Source: Oikopleura dioica
Taxonomy: Eukaryota > Animalia > Chordata
Assembly (NCBI GenBank): GCA_907165135.1
Contig: OU015567.1
Coordinates: 2,914,001 to 2,978,000 of the forward strand
Direction: 5' to 3'
DNA length: 64,000 bases
Of the stretch, positions 23,230-36,191 are shown one piece after another. Under the pieces are notes generated by a model. The model was not told the DNA's origin. It saw only the letters and a program-made list of their open reading frames with translations, and did not search any database. Every line of letters begins with the position of its first letter. Within the stretch, counting starts at the first letter, position 1. The position numbers and the translations under genes were made by a program.

Positions 23230-25738
23230 TCAAAAGTCGCGATATCTTGGCGTCTCACTTGGTCGTCGACTGCCGTCGAAAGACTCGGTTATGTTGCTCC
23301 GCGTATGCTGTCGGCGATTAGGCTTCTTTGCTCCCATGAATTCCTCTGGCTTATCCAATCTTTGGAAACATAAGCAAAAGGTAGTAAAGGTTGCACTTAC
23401 GTTATGCAGACAACCCCATGCATGCATGTGTATCGCTCCATCTGTCCACAGGCAGTGTCGATCTCGCCCTTTGTTGGACAAAACGACCAAATATTCAAAA
23501 GTGGGTCTGGATGATCCGTCAAGATTCCAGTGAAGTAGATTTTGTTGTTCACAGTTGTCATTTCGCAGTGATTTATCTAAAGAGTGTCGATCATTTTGTG
23601 ACACAAGAATAAGTACATGATTGGGGAGAGTAATGGCCATTTGACTCCACTCATCAGTAGAAGGCTTGTATTTGAAGATTTCGGACGTTTCGCCGCCGAG
23701 AATCCAGATTGAACCACAAGCGGATGCGGCTTTTTATTGGTCATAAAAGTTAAGAGGGCATAAATAGAAACCATAAGATTGCTTTCTTTTTGAGTGCTTC
23801 TTGAAAAAAAAAATGAAAATAAAAACGAGAAAATGAATCAAAACCTGGGTAAGAACATAAAATACAATCAAATTTTTCTTTGTTCCGATAAAAGAAAGTG
23901 AATAAATAAATTTTGACCAATTTTCCTGCGACTGGATTTTGAGGGGAGAGAGTCCTGTTTCCCAAACTCCACTGATTTGTTATCGAGTCATAAATTTGCA
24001 GCTTATTGTTCGCGCCCTTCATGTCGAATTGTCCACCAAAGCAGAAGATCTTTGCATTGTAGGCACTCACGGCAGGATTCGCGACCGCTTCGATCATTGA
24101 GCACATGTCTTTCCAGCAATTGTTGAAGAAATCATACCTTTAGAACTTATTTTCATTAAAAAATAGAGAAATTCTTACTTTTCAACAGCGTCAATTCTCT
24201 CTGGCGGCTGTGAGCCAGTCCCAGGGCCACCAAAGCCACCGATAACGTAAGGACTTCCCTGACAAGAAGCCATTCTGTGGCCATATCTTCCAGTATTGAG
24301 TGGAGCACCTTAAATCATTAGTTTCTTCGGGCCATTAACAGCCTTACCTTTGATCCACTGATCGACATTGATCTGATAAATCCAAACCTCTTTATTATGC
24401 ATTTTGCCGCCAGTTACAATGATCATATTCTTGCATTGGCAAACAGAATAATCCGTTTTTGTGAAATTCGGCAGCTTCGCAAATTGCTTCCACATTCGTT
24501 GGAGAGGATTCCAAGCTTCAACATACGGCGCATTGTAGCCCCCAACGCGGTCGGATCCACCGATAGAGACGAGGACGTCGAGACGGGAGGAGATCTTGCG
24601 AGGCTTGAATCGGATACTGTCGCCAGCAACGCCTGTTTGTAGATTTTTGTGAGAGCGAATGTGTCAGAAGTTTTTCATTCTTTATAAACAGTACGAAAAG
24701 TACCAGTACTAGACCTTACATTACGGGATGAATTAACTTTATTTAATCAATTTCAATTTCAGACATCATGAAATACTCTACAGCCAACTAAAATTAAGCT
24801 GTTATGGTTAGTTTCTTTTAGGAAGTCTAGAAAAAAACGCGGAGTGTTTCTATAAAAATCCATTTGCTAAAATATGATATTTCCTAGTTTCAGCAAGAAT
24901 CGGAACCAATGTCATCGAGGTCTGCAAAAGCTCGTCCGCTTCAATTTCCGTGCAAAACTTCGTCGGGTGAATAAGTGGAAATCTCACGTGACTCATCAAT
25001 TCCGCCACATCTTTCGCTCTGCTTTTTCGGTCGTGGTCGATCCAACTTTTAACCGCTCGGTAAACGAGGACTTCGTCGTTGACTTCCAAGTCGTCGCCTT
25101 TGATGACATCGACGATGACTTCCTTCGGCATAAGTTTGAATTCGTCGTGACTCATCACTTCCATGAACTTTTCAAGAATCATTTTCTCTGCGTCCATCGA
25201 GAGCTTCTCCAACCCATGCGCATCAGCAAAGTGCTTCATTCCCAAACAATTGCAGGGATCGAGCTGTTTCTCCATAAAAGTCGTGCAGTTTCGACGCAAA
25301 AGATCGATTTGAAAAAGATTTGCCGCTTCGAGGAGCATTTGGACGTTGCTTTGGTCGATTGTGGTTTTGGCCGTGTAGAGAAAAGTTAAAAGGACTTCCA
25401 TTACTTCGCTTTGGAGACCGTTGATTTGGACGAGCATTTCTTTTGACTCTCGGTGGTCGTTGCAAAACATCGCTCTGAAAATCGAAGATGAAAAAATGAG
25501 GTCGATTTTTTTTCAATTTTTACCTGAAATAATTTGATCCTGCGACAAGAACAGCCCTGTGACAGGCAAACTCCTTTCCAGCGACTGATAAAATCACATC
25601 CGTGAAGAGATTATTTTTCCTCAAATCGTTGAAGGTCTTCATCATTCTTCCAGCATGAGCTGCGTCGAAGACTTCGATCTTGTCGTCGGATGGGTTCTTT
25701 GAACTGTCGAAAATTTCTGCTTCGACTTTTGGCGTCAT
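23230..25738 (-). CDS. Kelch-like BTB-BACK-Kelch protein (KLHL24/35-like)
   Basis: BTB: [58 protein letters not shown]..VRFPL; Kelch repeats IIVTGG, YVIGG, IFCFGG, LLLMSG. Confidence 0.93.
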
Positions 25739-26578
25739 TGCTTTCTCTATTACTTTTATCTCTAGAAAAAGGGCTCAAATAAAATTCAAAGAGGAAGTTT
25801 TTTCAATTAGAATTTTTTGCTCTTTGAAAAAAATTGAGACCTTTTTTCCTTTTTGAAGATTTGGAAAGGGCTGAGCCATTCGCGGGGAAGTCTCTTTAAT
25901 TTCTCTTTCAGTAAGTGGCCCCTGATTTGGCGACGAGTCAGTCTTTTTCTCAATCACAGTACTTTATCGAGGAGCGTGGACAAGTGAGCTATCGTTGGTA
26001 AGGTGGCACGATATCAAGCCGTCTTTACACTTTTCAAACCTTTTCGATTTCACAAGATCTTGCGCTCATCCCTCCCCCGGCGAAAATTTTAAAAACCGGT
26101 CATTAAATTTAATTATAAAAGAATCGAAGAAGATCGCGCAGATTCAGAATCTTGGCATTAAATCCTCGGTAAAAGGACCTCAATTAAATTTTGCTCATTT
26201 AAATGTTGATGATTCAAATTTTAGAAGAAAATATTTTTATAACAGAAAAAATACACAGAAAATGTTGCTGAGCACCAATAATTTTTTGACTTATGATTTT
26301 TTTTTTCTAAATCAATGAAAATCTTGTGTTTCTTCCGTAGCTCTTACTTGCAGTTTTTTATGTTAATTTTTCATATTAATAATCTTATTCGCTTTAACCA
26401 ATAAAGAAAAGAAAATTGCTCAGCCAAAAAGAGTGACGCGTGGTAGATCTGACTCTGACTGAGCTCGTTTTATCATTCTAGCGCCGTGTGATTTCAAAAC
26501 GCACATTGCTTCTGTTTTTTTATTATCTACGAATATTTTTCGGCTATAAATTGAAAGAGAACAGATAGATAGGAAAGC

Positions 26579-29097
26579 ATGGGAAACTGCTGTTCCTCAA
26601 AAAAGCAAAATAAAACAGTTGAAGAACCAAAGATACAGGTGAAACATATTCAGGCGGTATAAGATATTTTTCTTAAGAACTTGATTGCATATCAATAAAT
26701 TCTTTCTTAGTGATCTTCACTATCTTATTGATTGAAATTCCACTCGCAATAATATTTCGATTCTAGCAAAATTTTACTTTTGAACACTTTTTTGGGTAAT
26801 TGCCAAAATTAGCTGAAGCGAGTCTTTGCACCTAAATTCCTGCTGAGAATAAATTTATCGCTTCGTCGTTCTAAAATCTCTCAAATGTAAATTTACAGGA
26901 AGATACAGATGCCCAACCAAGTCCCGAAAAACATGATGCCACACCTCCATCATTTTCTTCATGCACCCCCAAATCTTGCTCTAAAAAGACCGATGCCGTT
27001 ATTGAGCCAACCTCAAAAATCGCGGATGAAGAAAAGTCAAAATACGACAATTTAAACTCGGATTCCCTTGAACCCGTTGTTGATGCAAAACTTGATCTTC
27101 CGGAAAACGCCGAAAAAACCTCTATTCGTTCTGAAAAAATCAACGCTCCAAAAGAACTTGATTCTGAAGCAGTCAATTCTTTCGCGGATGCCCTTAGTTC
27201 CGATTGCCAACGAGTTGTCTTGGACGAAGTTAATTTTCAACAAGAAGATAGTCAAGAAACAATGATAACTCCTGATTTTGTCGAAGAAACGCTGATTCAA
27301 CCAGTCGAAGTAGAAAATGATGATTTTGAAGGAGGATCGAGGATTGAAGGAAAAACGCTTGAAGAGTTTGTCAATGAAAATGCAGCACTTCCAATCATCG
27401 ATAATTTCGAGAAAGATGAAAGTTCTCCCGATGTTTCTCGCCTTTCGAGCCAGAAGGAAGACGATTTAGAAATTGAAGAAAATGAAGATGATGTCAAAAA
27501 GCTCGAATCGTTGGCAAAAGTGATTTCGTTTTGAGAGGAAAAGTAGGAGTAACTGTATTTTAGGCTCCTGATGCTTCAGTAAGATCTGCTTGCGAAGTTT
27601 TGCATGGTTCGTTCAAATGCATGATTTGTTTAACAGAGTGACACCCTTAATTATGTTGTTCAAAAAATAACAACTCTTCCTCTCAAAAATTTTTATGAAA
27701 TTTTTAGCCAAAAGTTGTTTGGGATGAAGCAGAAACTCGAGGTGGTAAAAGAAGAGGGACTGATTTATTTGAGCGAAGACGGCAATTATGCGATCAGGTT
27801 ATTTTTTATCAAAATTTTATAAAAAAAATTTTTCATTTCAGCACACTATGGAGAGTCAGCGTGACGGGCCAAAGGAAAAAGTTCCCAAAAACAAAAACAG
27901 CGCTATAAAAATTTGAAGGTTACGATGCCAGCTTAATTTATTGAAACTAACTATTTATCTCGCCTACCGAAGCATGTTTTCACATCGTCTGCGGATCAGA
28001 ATAGCTTCAGATTCGTAAGCCGAGAGGTAAAATCGAAAAACAATGACGGATTTTCATTTTGACTATGACAATTTATTCAAAAAGCAATGGAGGAGATCTT
28101 TGAGGAACTTTTTGGAGGATGACCTTTTTGCGACGAAGCAGAAGGTGGCGAATTTGGCGGGAGGAATGAGGACTCCAGCGCAGTCGAATGAATTCTTGAG
28201 CTCCATTGCCAAGGATGATGAAATGGCCAGGTAATAATTTAAAACTGTTTCTTCCGTAAATTATTGTCTCGTAAAAGAAACAGTAAAAAAGCAGAACAGA
28301 CAGTAATTCCTCCAAATCTCCCCCTTTTATGCCCAGACAAAAGCCCTTTCGATTCTGATTTCCCACGTAACTGTCAATTTCTCTTACAAAGTGCGTTCAT
28401 TATCATTTTTTTGATCAAACAGACCTTCGAGTTATCAAATAATAATTGAACAAATGAGATCAGAGACTCTTTTTTCGATGAGTCGAAAGAATTATGATTT
28501 CATCAACGAGCTCAATTCGTTGCTTTCAATCGATTTGTATAGGGAGAAACTGAGCAAGAGATATGCGGAGATGGAGAAGCGAGGCCAGCTGGGGCAGAGA
28601 AATCCCGGTGTCAAGAAGGCTCCACAAGTTTCTCAGGTAAATTTCTTTCTGACCACTTCTTGAGACCCTAACGTCCAAGATTGCTATTGAAACTTTGGTG
28701 AAAAGGCTCAAGATTGTCCAATTTTTGCTTATAGTTCTGGGCTCTCCTCAAAAACTCGTCATTTTTAGGAAAATCTGTACAATTTCTCGCAAAATAAGAC
28801 CATCTCCGATTTCGACCAGCCCCCTCCTCGTCCAAGAAGATGGTCACGTGGCTCAACCCAGTCTCTGGAGTGCGAAAAAGTGGATACAGATCTCTTACGC
28901 TCCGATGAGAAAGTATTTCAAGGTACAGTAAATACTGAAACGAGCAGCATTCATGAATAATTTACTGTAATATACGCCTTGTAGTTCGACAACTTATGGA
29001 CAAAGAAACTGGAAAGAGATTGGAATACAACAAATTGGCCGCTGTGCCGAAAAATCAGGAAAAGCTGGAAAGCGAAATCAACGAATTGAACTTTTAG
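26579..29097 (+). CDS. Hypothetical protein with MGNCC acylation motif and long acidic low-complexity region
   Basis: MGNCCSSKKQNKTVEEPKIQ|gt; large acidic exon ~26898-27520; several later exons; putative stop ..EINELNF* 29095-29097. Confidence 0.5.
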
Positions 29098-29199
29098 ATG
29101 ATTAATGATGACTTTACTCTAAATAATCTAATTTTTTTTTTGAAAAAAAGTCATTTTCAAAGCTTTTTAAAAGATCCCAAATCCAGGCACGTTTTCTCT

Positions 29200-30387
29200 T
29201 ACAGTCACAAAGAAGGGATATTACTGTTCGTTCTCTAAAAAGGATCCAACAAGGAATAATCCAGGCTAATCCTGTCCTGTGATTCGCATCACGTGCTGAC
29301 AGAGCATTTTGTCCGACTGTTTGTCCCTCCAGATGAGGGATTGATCGATTTCCCATTTCCAACTCCTCCGTTCGTTTCAACCTTTTTTGAACGAAAGAGA
29401 GAGAATTTTAGATTGAGTGCTGAGTCATCTGATTCAGCTCACTCACATCTGGCTCAGTATATATCGACTTGAGTCAGGACTCAGGAGGCAGCAGTCATTG
29501 ATTGCTTTTTAATAGAATTCGAAGGCGATAAATCAAATATTGAGAGATTGAGACGGAAAGAAAGAACCGCGTTTTGAACCCATTCGAACCGCTCTTTTTT
29601 TTGAGAAAACTGAAACAAGAATCGTCAATCGAGCCAATTGCTGAGCGTAAGTTAAAGAGAAATTCTTGAGAAGCCATGTAGTTTTTATTATTTCCTTCAG
29701 AAGACGCTTGCGTAAGCGACAGAATCGCGGAATTCAGCAACAGACAGCCTGATGTGGTGATAGACATGGAGAAAGCGAAGCTTGATTTTTCTTCCTACAG
29801 CAGCGGCAATTCGACTTTGAGCAAAGCAGAAGAAGAGAAATTGTCGCCGGAAACGTTGAAGAAAAGAAAAGCCAGATATTCAGGTTGATTCTAATAAGAA
29901 ACATTTATCGAAAACCATAATATTGCCATAAATTTGACGAATTGGAAATTTTAAAAATCAATTTTTCTTTGACTATAAAAACTTACAACAGTAATAAAAA
30001 GAAGTAGTATTTCCCTTAAAGAAATATGATTGTGCGTAATGTCGTTTTTTTACGAATTTAATTTTATTTAAAATTAATTATTACCCAACTAAATTTCATT
30101 CAGAGAATGAGAGCACTGGAGTAGATCTGAGGCGAAAAATGAACGATGGTTTTCAAGAATTCCTCGATTTTGTCGATGATTGTCAATCTGAAGCATCCGC
30201 TGTTCTTGAAGGTAGAAGATGCTTAGCACTAGAATTCCATACTTTCTCTAGGGAACTTCGTGAAACCAGATCCAGACAAAGAAGACATGTTCAAACGAAC
30301 CCTTTCTCAGCGAGGAAGAGAATCCCCTTGCCCCCGCCATTGGGGGGAAGTGTAAGCGGACCTTTCCTCGACTCGTTCATGATCTGA
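29200..30387 (+). CDS. Hypothetical protein (fragmentary model)
   Basis: Open segments EKAKLDFSSYSSGNSTLSKAEEEKLSPETLKKRKARYS| and ENESTGVDLRRKMNDGFQEFLDFVDDCQ..; boundaries uncertain. Confidence 0.3.
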
Positions 30388-31637
30388 TTCTAGAACTGCG
30401 GATTTAGAAGAGCTTCCAAAAATGACCAGACCAGATCGCAAAATCGGCGGAACTTCCTACAAAGAACTAGCTGCTTTACCTCCGAAAAAATTTTAAGAAA
30501 AAAATGACGCTGTATTTATAAATAAGAAAAATAAAAAATAAATGGAAGAAATAAAAGAGTCAGTCATTCAGCGCATGAAGAGTTAGAGACAGACGCGATA
30601 AGAATTATTTTCGAAAAATCGTCGCTTATCCAAAGTGCCGTTCAAGCGCGGAGGTTGCGAGCCTAGATCAGCTCATGTAAAAACCGACCGGGCAGAATTG
30701 ATCTCGATTTCACGTTGCCTTTTTCATTGTACTATGTGATTCCAGTGTCATTCAAGGGTCGAAAAGAGGAACCTTTCATTAAATGTTATCAAGAATCCTG
30801 ACTCAGGTTTATACACAGGTTTCCGAGACCAGATCGAAACCCCCAGGAAACTTTTCGTTCGAATAAAACTGGAGGTTCACTGATGCTTGCCGCGTAAGTT
30901 TGTTGTTGCCCAAACAGATTTTCTTTTGTCCTGATTGTTGTATGTACATGCGGATGTGCATAGGCAACATTCGCAATTGTGCAATAGACGTTGTGCTCCA
31001 CGAGAAGTGTAATGTGTAAATTGAGTGGCGCCCGGGTGCGCTCTAAACGCGCTCCATCCTTTTTTCGCCTCCTCGCTCCTCCGCCGCCAAAATAACAAAG
31101 AAAAAATTATTTCCTGAATATTTTCTTTTTCATCTAAAAATTTTGCAGAGAAAATTTTCTAAGAAAGCGACGAAACAAGAGAAAGTAGAGAAAGAAAAAA
31201 TTCGTCTGTTGGATGAAGATAAAATATTTTCTTACTGTTGGACAATTACTTAAAGCCGACAGTTTCAAAACAGAAGTACGTTACTCGATGAAGTTGTTGA
31301 TATTTTGAATATTTTTTTAATCATGTTCTAGTTTTAGTTAATTGGACGGGGAAGGATAAAGATAAGGGTACTCGAGTTTCGCCCCACGTTAATTTTTTCT
31401 GCGTTTCTATAATCTCGGCTAAAGTTAAGTACCAGTGCTAGAAACTGCTTTATTCCAAGTCGACTGTCAAAAGATTTTTTCGATGAAAAATTGACATTAG
31501 ATCATGTAATGTCAAGTTGGCTTTGTTTCGAATCCCATTTTAATTACATTGCTTATTATGAAAAAACAATTCTTCTTGAGCATGATAACCAGAAGTTGAA
31601 AACGCTGATAATGATAATGATAAATTTGTTGTTGTAG

Positions 31638-34600
31638 GAGCCAGATGGTCTCCACTGCTCACGGGGAGACTGGCAAGCCCACATGCCCGGTTTCGACCCA
31701 AAACGACTGTCCCGAAAATGGTCGAAATTGCAGAAAGCCAAGTTGAAATTGTTCGGCGGCCAGGCCGCCTCGGAAACCTGGAACTGGGTGGCCCAAGTCA
31801 GCGAGATTGGCGACAATGCGATGTGGTCAGAAAAAAAAAACTAAGCGAAGGGCGTTTCAAAATGGGCTTAAATCAGGCATTCTAGCGCCTGTCAGGAGCT
31901 TGTTTAAATCTTGATCGAAAGGGACGATTTTTTTCGTGTTTTTTTGTTTTGCGACTGTCTCGAAAATATTTTTTGAAATGACGAAATTGGTTGTTTCCCG
32001 GAAAGAGTCCTTGAATATTTTCGACGATTGATTTTTGTATCGCTCAAACGTGAGAGTACCCCGCGATCTGTCTAAATCCTCCAAGTCCGCTCCGATTTCA
32101 AAAAGAACGCTGCTTCATTTTCGAAAAGAAAAGCAGCTCTCGGAAAGCGATCCTCTCTCTTTCGTTCATTCTGAATTCTTAATCAGCCGGCGTTTCGGGC
32201 TAAGAATCGTTAACGAAATCAACGCACCGCTCGTTACCACTGCGACTCAATACTGGGCGGCTTTAATTTATGAACGAGCACCGCTCTTCGTTTTCGTGAT
32301 TATTTCTCGAGAAGAAAGGATTATTGAGGACACGAATTTCGTCATTCGGAAATTTCAACGATGATTTTCGATTTTTGTGACAAAATTTTTTTCGACAAAT
32401 ATTTCGACTTTTACGACGAAAATCATCATTTTTGTTCCTGAAAATTTTTCTGACCACAGAAACAGGCCACTGCACAGCTTCAATCATCAACAAAAATTGG
32501 GTCATCACCGCTGCCCACTGCCTCAAAGACTCACCTACCTCAGCGATCGACTTGGAAACAGTGGTCCGCACCTTTGTCGTCAAAATCGGCATGAACACTC
32601 TCGTCAAAAGACCGACCTTTAGAATTTCCGATGCTTTTGTTCCGGATGAAAATGCGGATATTGTCCTGATTCGACTGGCGATGTCGATTGATTTCAAAAA
32701 GACAAACTCGGGGGTCGTCTGTTTGCCGCCAGATGGACATAGAGAGCATCAAGAACAGCATTTTTATAAAGTCAATTGCTACTCGGCCGGGTTTGGGTTT
32801 CTTGGAATGAATCCGATCACCCCCGCCAAATATCTTCAGGTAGTCAAAATTGGGAAAACAGATGATTATATAAAAACCATAAATTACTCACCAAATTGGG
32901 AATTCCGTATTTTCAAAAAGTATCAGATTTGATAACAAAATAATTTAAAATCTGCGGTTTAAATTGAGAAATCTATCTTTATATTCCGAATATAATATTC
33001 GAAAACAAAATATTTTTCAAGTATTTTTTACGAAAACCGATCTTCGATGTTTATTTTCTGAGTCACGGAAAAAGGTTATTTTGGGGACCAACAAAGTCCC
33101 TCTGCTCAAATTAACTCCAAATCAAATCAGTGGCCAGTCAATTAAAATTAGCCCCAGTCACATTTGCAAAACTCATTTTCGTTTCCTAGGAAGCGCCGTT
33201 CCCCGTCACTAGCTGTAAGATTTACAGTACGATCATCAAGGACGACATTTCCAACTTGAACCTTCTCTGCTCGAGGCAAGACAAAGACGGCTCTCACGCT
33301 CTCTGCCGGGGCGATTCTGGCGGCCCTTTGTTGTGCATCACCGATATTTCCCCAATGCTCGTCGGGGTCGCTAGAACTTCGACAGGATGCGAGCGGCAGC
33401 GGTTTTTCGGACATTCGACTTTCACCAACGTCGTTTTTTGGAACCACTGGATTCGCGAAACAATCAAGGATCGAGAAGACTCAATCGTCTGCTTTGAGCC
33501 GTTCAGAATGGCGAAAATCACGAAACATGCGCTAGAATTTCTAGAGCTAAGGGACGTCAATGCGAATAGATTGATGAGGCTGAATGTGAACAAAGGATCA
33601 GTTGAAGAATCAGTCGTTTATTGTAAAAATGTAAGAAAAAAATCGAAAAAATTGCTCATTTTTTGCATTTTTTTCGTTATTTAGTTCACTCTAGAAATCG
33701 CTTGAAAAGCCGATAATCTTCCTGGCACAGCATTATCAACAGTTTTCACGATGTTCAATAAGTTATCTTATCACGCTCTTTTCTATCCGCTTCTTCTAAT
33801 TATTCTCCCTTATCTTTTATTTTCAGCAATGCGAGCGATCAGCGGGCTGTGTTCAGTTTCTCGTCCTTGGAACAAAAATTTGCTTCATTATTCTTCCTTC
33901 TGTCACAGAAACGGGCAAGTTTCGCAGCGCACTGTCCTCGGTCAATGTCAAACAAGGGCTGGAGATGTGGCATGGAAGGATTCAACGGACGAATTCGGAT
34001 GGGAAATCGAGCGAATGCGGCGTTGTGAGGAGAAGTCCAATGCTAGGTCTCCATTTTTCTAGGGTTTGAGTGGCTAAAAAGAGGGGTTAAGCAGGGCGCT
34101 TCTTTTTTGGGGGAGCGGGGGACTGGCTTGCTCTCCCCCCCTTCTCCTACCTGGCTCTTGTCGGCTTAGTAGCTCACATTTTCTCTGGAGACCAAATGAA
34201 AGCCATATGTTTCTTTCAAGAAAAAGTACACCATGGAATACCTCAACACCTACGATACCAACTGGGGCGCATTTAGGCGAATATTCGTCAAGCAATACAG
34301 TATCACTTACCGCTACAGAGTCAATCAGGTATATATTCTTTCTTTATTGATAAAAAATCATCATAAATCTTAGCTGGAAAATAAGTCAACAGAAATTGAA
34401 ATCGACATGTACACATTGTATCGAAAAAGCGGCGCAGAGCCGAATTTCGACTACTTGACGGAGCGTACAAACTCTGAACTGGCAAATTTCATCGTTAACA
34501 AGATCGATCTTCCATCAGCCACGGATATTGGTGTTTACTTATCAAGAGTTCTCAGGTTCTCCTGCTTGTTTTAATTTATATTTGAATGCATATTTTAGCT

Positions 34601-34934
34601 CGTATATAATGACGATCAATTTTGAAGAATCCATGAGCGTTTTTGGCGTCAATACTCCTGTTCAAGTTTGCAGACCCCTCTTTTCTTGATTTCCTGATTT
34701 TAATTCTAGTGCAACAATATGTTCTCCACGTGCAACTGCGCCGACGGCTACGTCCACATCGACAATTTATGCGTCGACATCAACCAATGCGCCAAATTCA
34801 CCTCCCTCTGCGGCGGTTCAGAATGCATCAACACTCCTGGAAGCTACCACTGCAGAAACACAGAGATTTTCCAGCGACGAGCGACGAGCTTGGAAAATCA
34901 TCAATTTCATAAAGGCAGCTTTGGCTCAAAATAA
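31638..34934 (+). CDS. Mosaic trypsin-family (S1) serine protease with C-terminal extension ending in EGF-like modules
   Basis: Activation-like KLFGG..WNWVAQV; triad WVITAAHC, DIVLIRL, GDSGGPL; downstream exons to CNCADGY..CVDINQC..CINTPGSYHC (Ca-EGF). True start not located. Confidence 0.88.
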
Positions 34935-35049
34935 TTTGACAGGGCTTCAATTGTATTAAAAAATAAAAGAATCGGACAGTTTTTGAGCTCGGAAAAGATA
35001 CGCGAATATGGCGCCTCTACGAAAAAAGGCTTTTAAACGGCAGAGGAAG

Positions 35050-35225
35050 ATGTATAAGCAGGGACCGCCCCGCTAATCAGACTTTCTTTGAGAAGGTAAT
35101 TTGTCAATTCTGGTTTTCTTAGATTCCAAACTAGGGACGTAAAAAGGTCGGAAAAAAGGGGCGGAAGATTCTTGCCCGCTTCTGATTGGCTCGCAAAAGC
35201 AATACCGCTCTCTGATTGGACCCTT
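35050..35225. promoter_or_regulatory. Candidate promoter with GC boxes and two inverted CCAAT boxes
   Basis: GACCGCCCC, GGGGCGGAAG and two CTGATTGG motifs ~30 bp apart in an intergenic gap. Confidence 0.35.
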
Positions 35226-35499
35226 CGACATTTCCTCCTAATCACTTCCCTCGTGCCTCAGTTTCAATCCCTTTTTTAGCTGATGAATATCAACGATTCA
35301 GTGAAATTACTCAAAGCCATGAAGGATAAAATCGACAAGATCTACAAATTCTGCAGCGCGAAAAAGCGAAAAAACGTCAACTACTCCTTCGAGAAAGCCT
35401 TTTCAAAACTCATCAAAAGATAGCCTTTACAAATTAATTTTACATAACTCATTTTCACTGCCAAACCAAAAAGAACACAGAATAAAACTTGGGTTGAAT

Positions 35500-36020
35500 C
35501 TTCCAACCTTTCGGGATCCCGAATGTTTCGGGATTTCCCGAAACGTTCGCAGTCAAAAAGAGCCTTTTTGTCTTCGAACCTTTCGGGGATTGTTTTCAAT
35601 AATTTTTGGCACAGAAAATATTTAAAGCCAAACAGTAACGTAAAAGTACATCTTTATTGAAGCAAATAAAGGCGCGAAGGAAAAAAAAATAATTAACTGT
35701 AATAACTGGATCTATAACTCATGAAGTTCTCTATAAGACAGGCGCGGAGCGCACAAATTCTCTTTGACTGCAAATTCAGCATTCATAAAAGGTCTGCCCT
35801 TCTTAGACCATCGAACTTGACGAAAGAAGATAGAGTTATCTTTTTGATTAGTAAAATGCACTAATTCGGCATTTATACCACTTTTTATAACGTTATCCTC
35901 AACAAAAGTCCCGAATGATTCGGGCGATCCCGAAAGGTTCGGGAAATCCCGAAAGATTCGGGAGTAATCCCGAAAGATTCGGGAAATCCCGAAACATTCG
36001 GGATCCCGAAAGGTTGGAAG
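35500..36020. mobile_element. TIR element whose ends carry arrays of CCCGAA-N3-TTCGGG palindromes
   Basis: CTTCCAACCTTTCGGGATCCCGAATGTTTCGGGATTTCCCGAA (35500) is the reverse complement of ..TTCGGGAAATCCCGAAACATTCGGGATCCCGAAAGGTTGGAAG (36020); no TSD seen. Confidence 0.75.
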
Positions 36021-36191
36021 TGACGACCTAAAACTTGCAATGAGATGACCATCTGCCGATGCGTATTTGTCTAATTTCAAAAGACTTAGCAACTCAGAAA
36101 TGAACTCAGACGAACGGTTCAAGTCTATGCAAATATTAAATTTGAAGACTGCAACTTTCAAAAAGTTGAGAACCCACAACTCGGCAAAAAA

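Noticed and set aside
30789-31098. Minus-strand open segment (LNLHITLLVEHNVYCTIANV..)
   Set aside because: Could be an exon, but I could not attach flanking exons or a family.
35905-36015. Palindromic repeat array resembling CRISPR or REP units
   Set aside because: Spacers are 1-5 nt; it is one end of a TIR pair with 35500.
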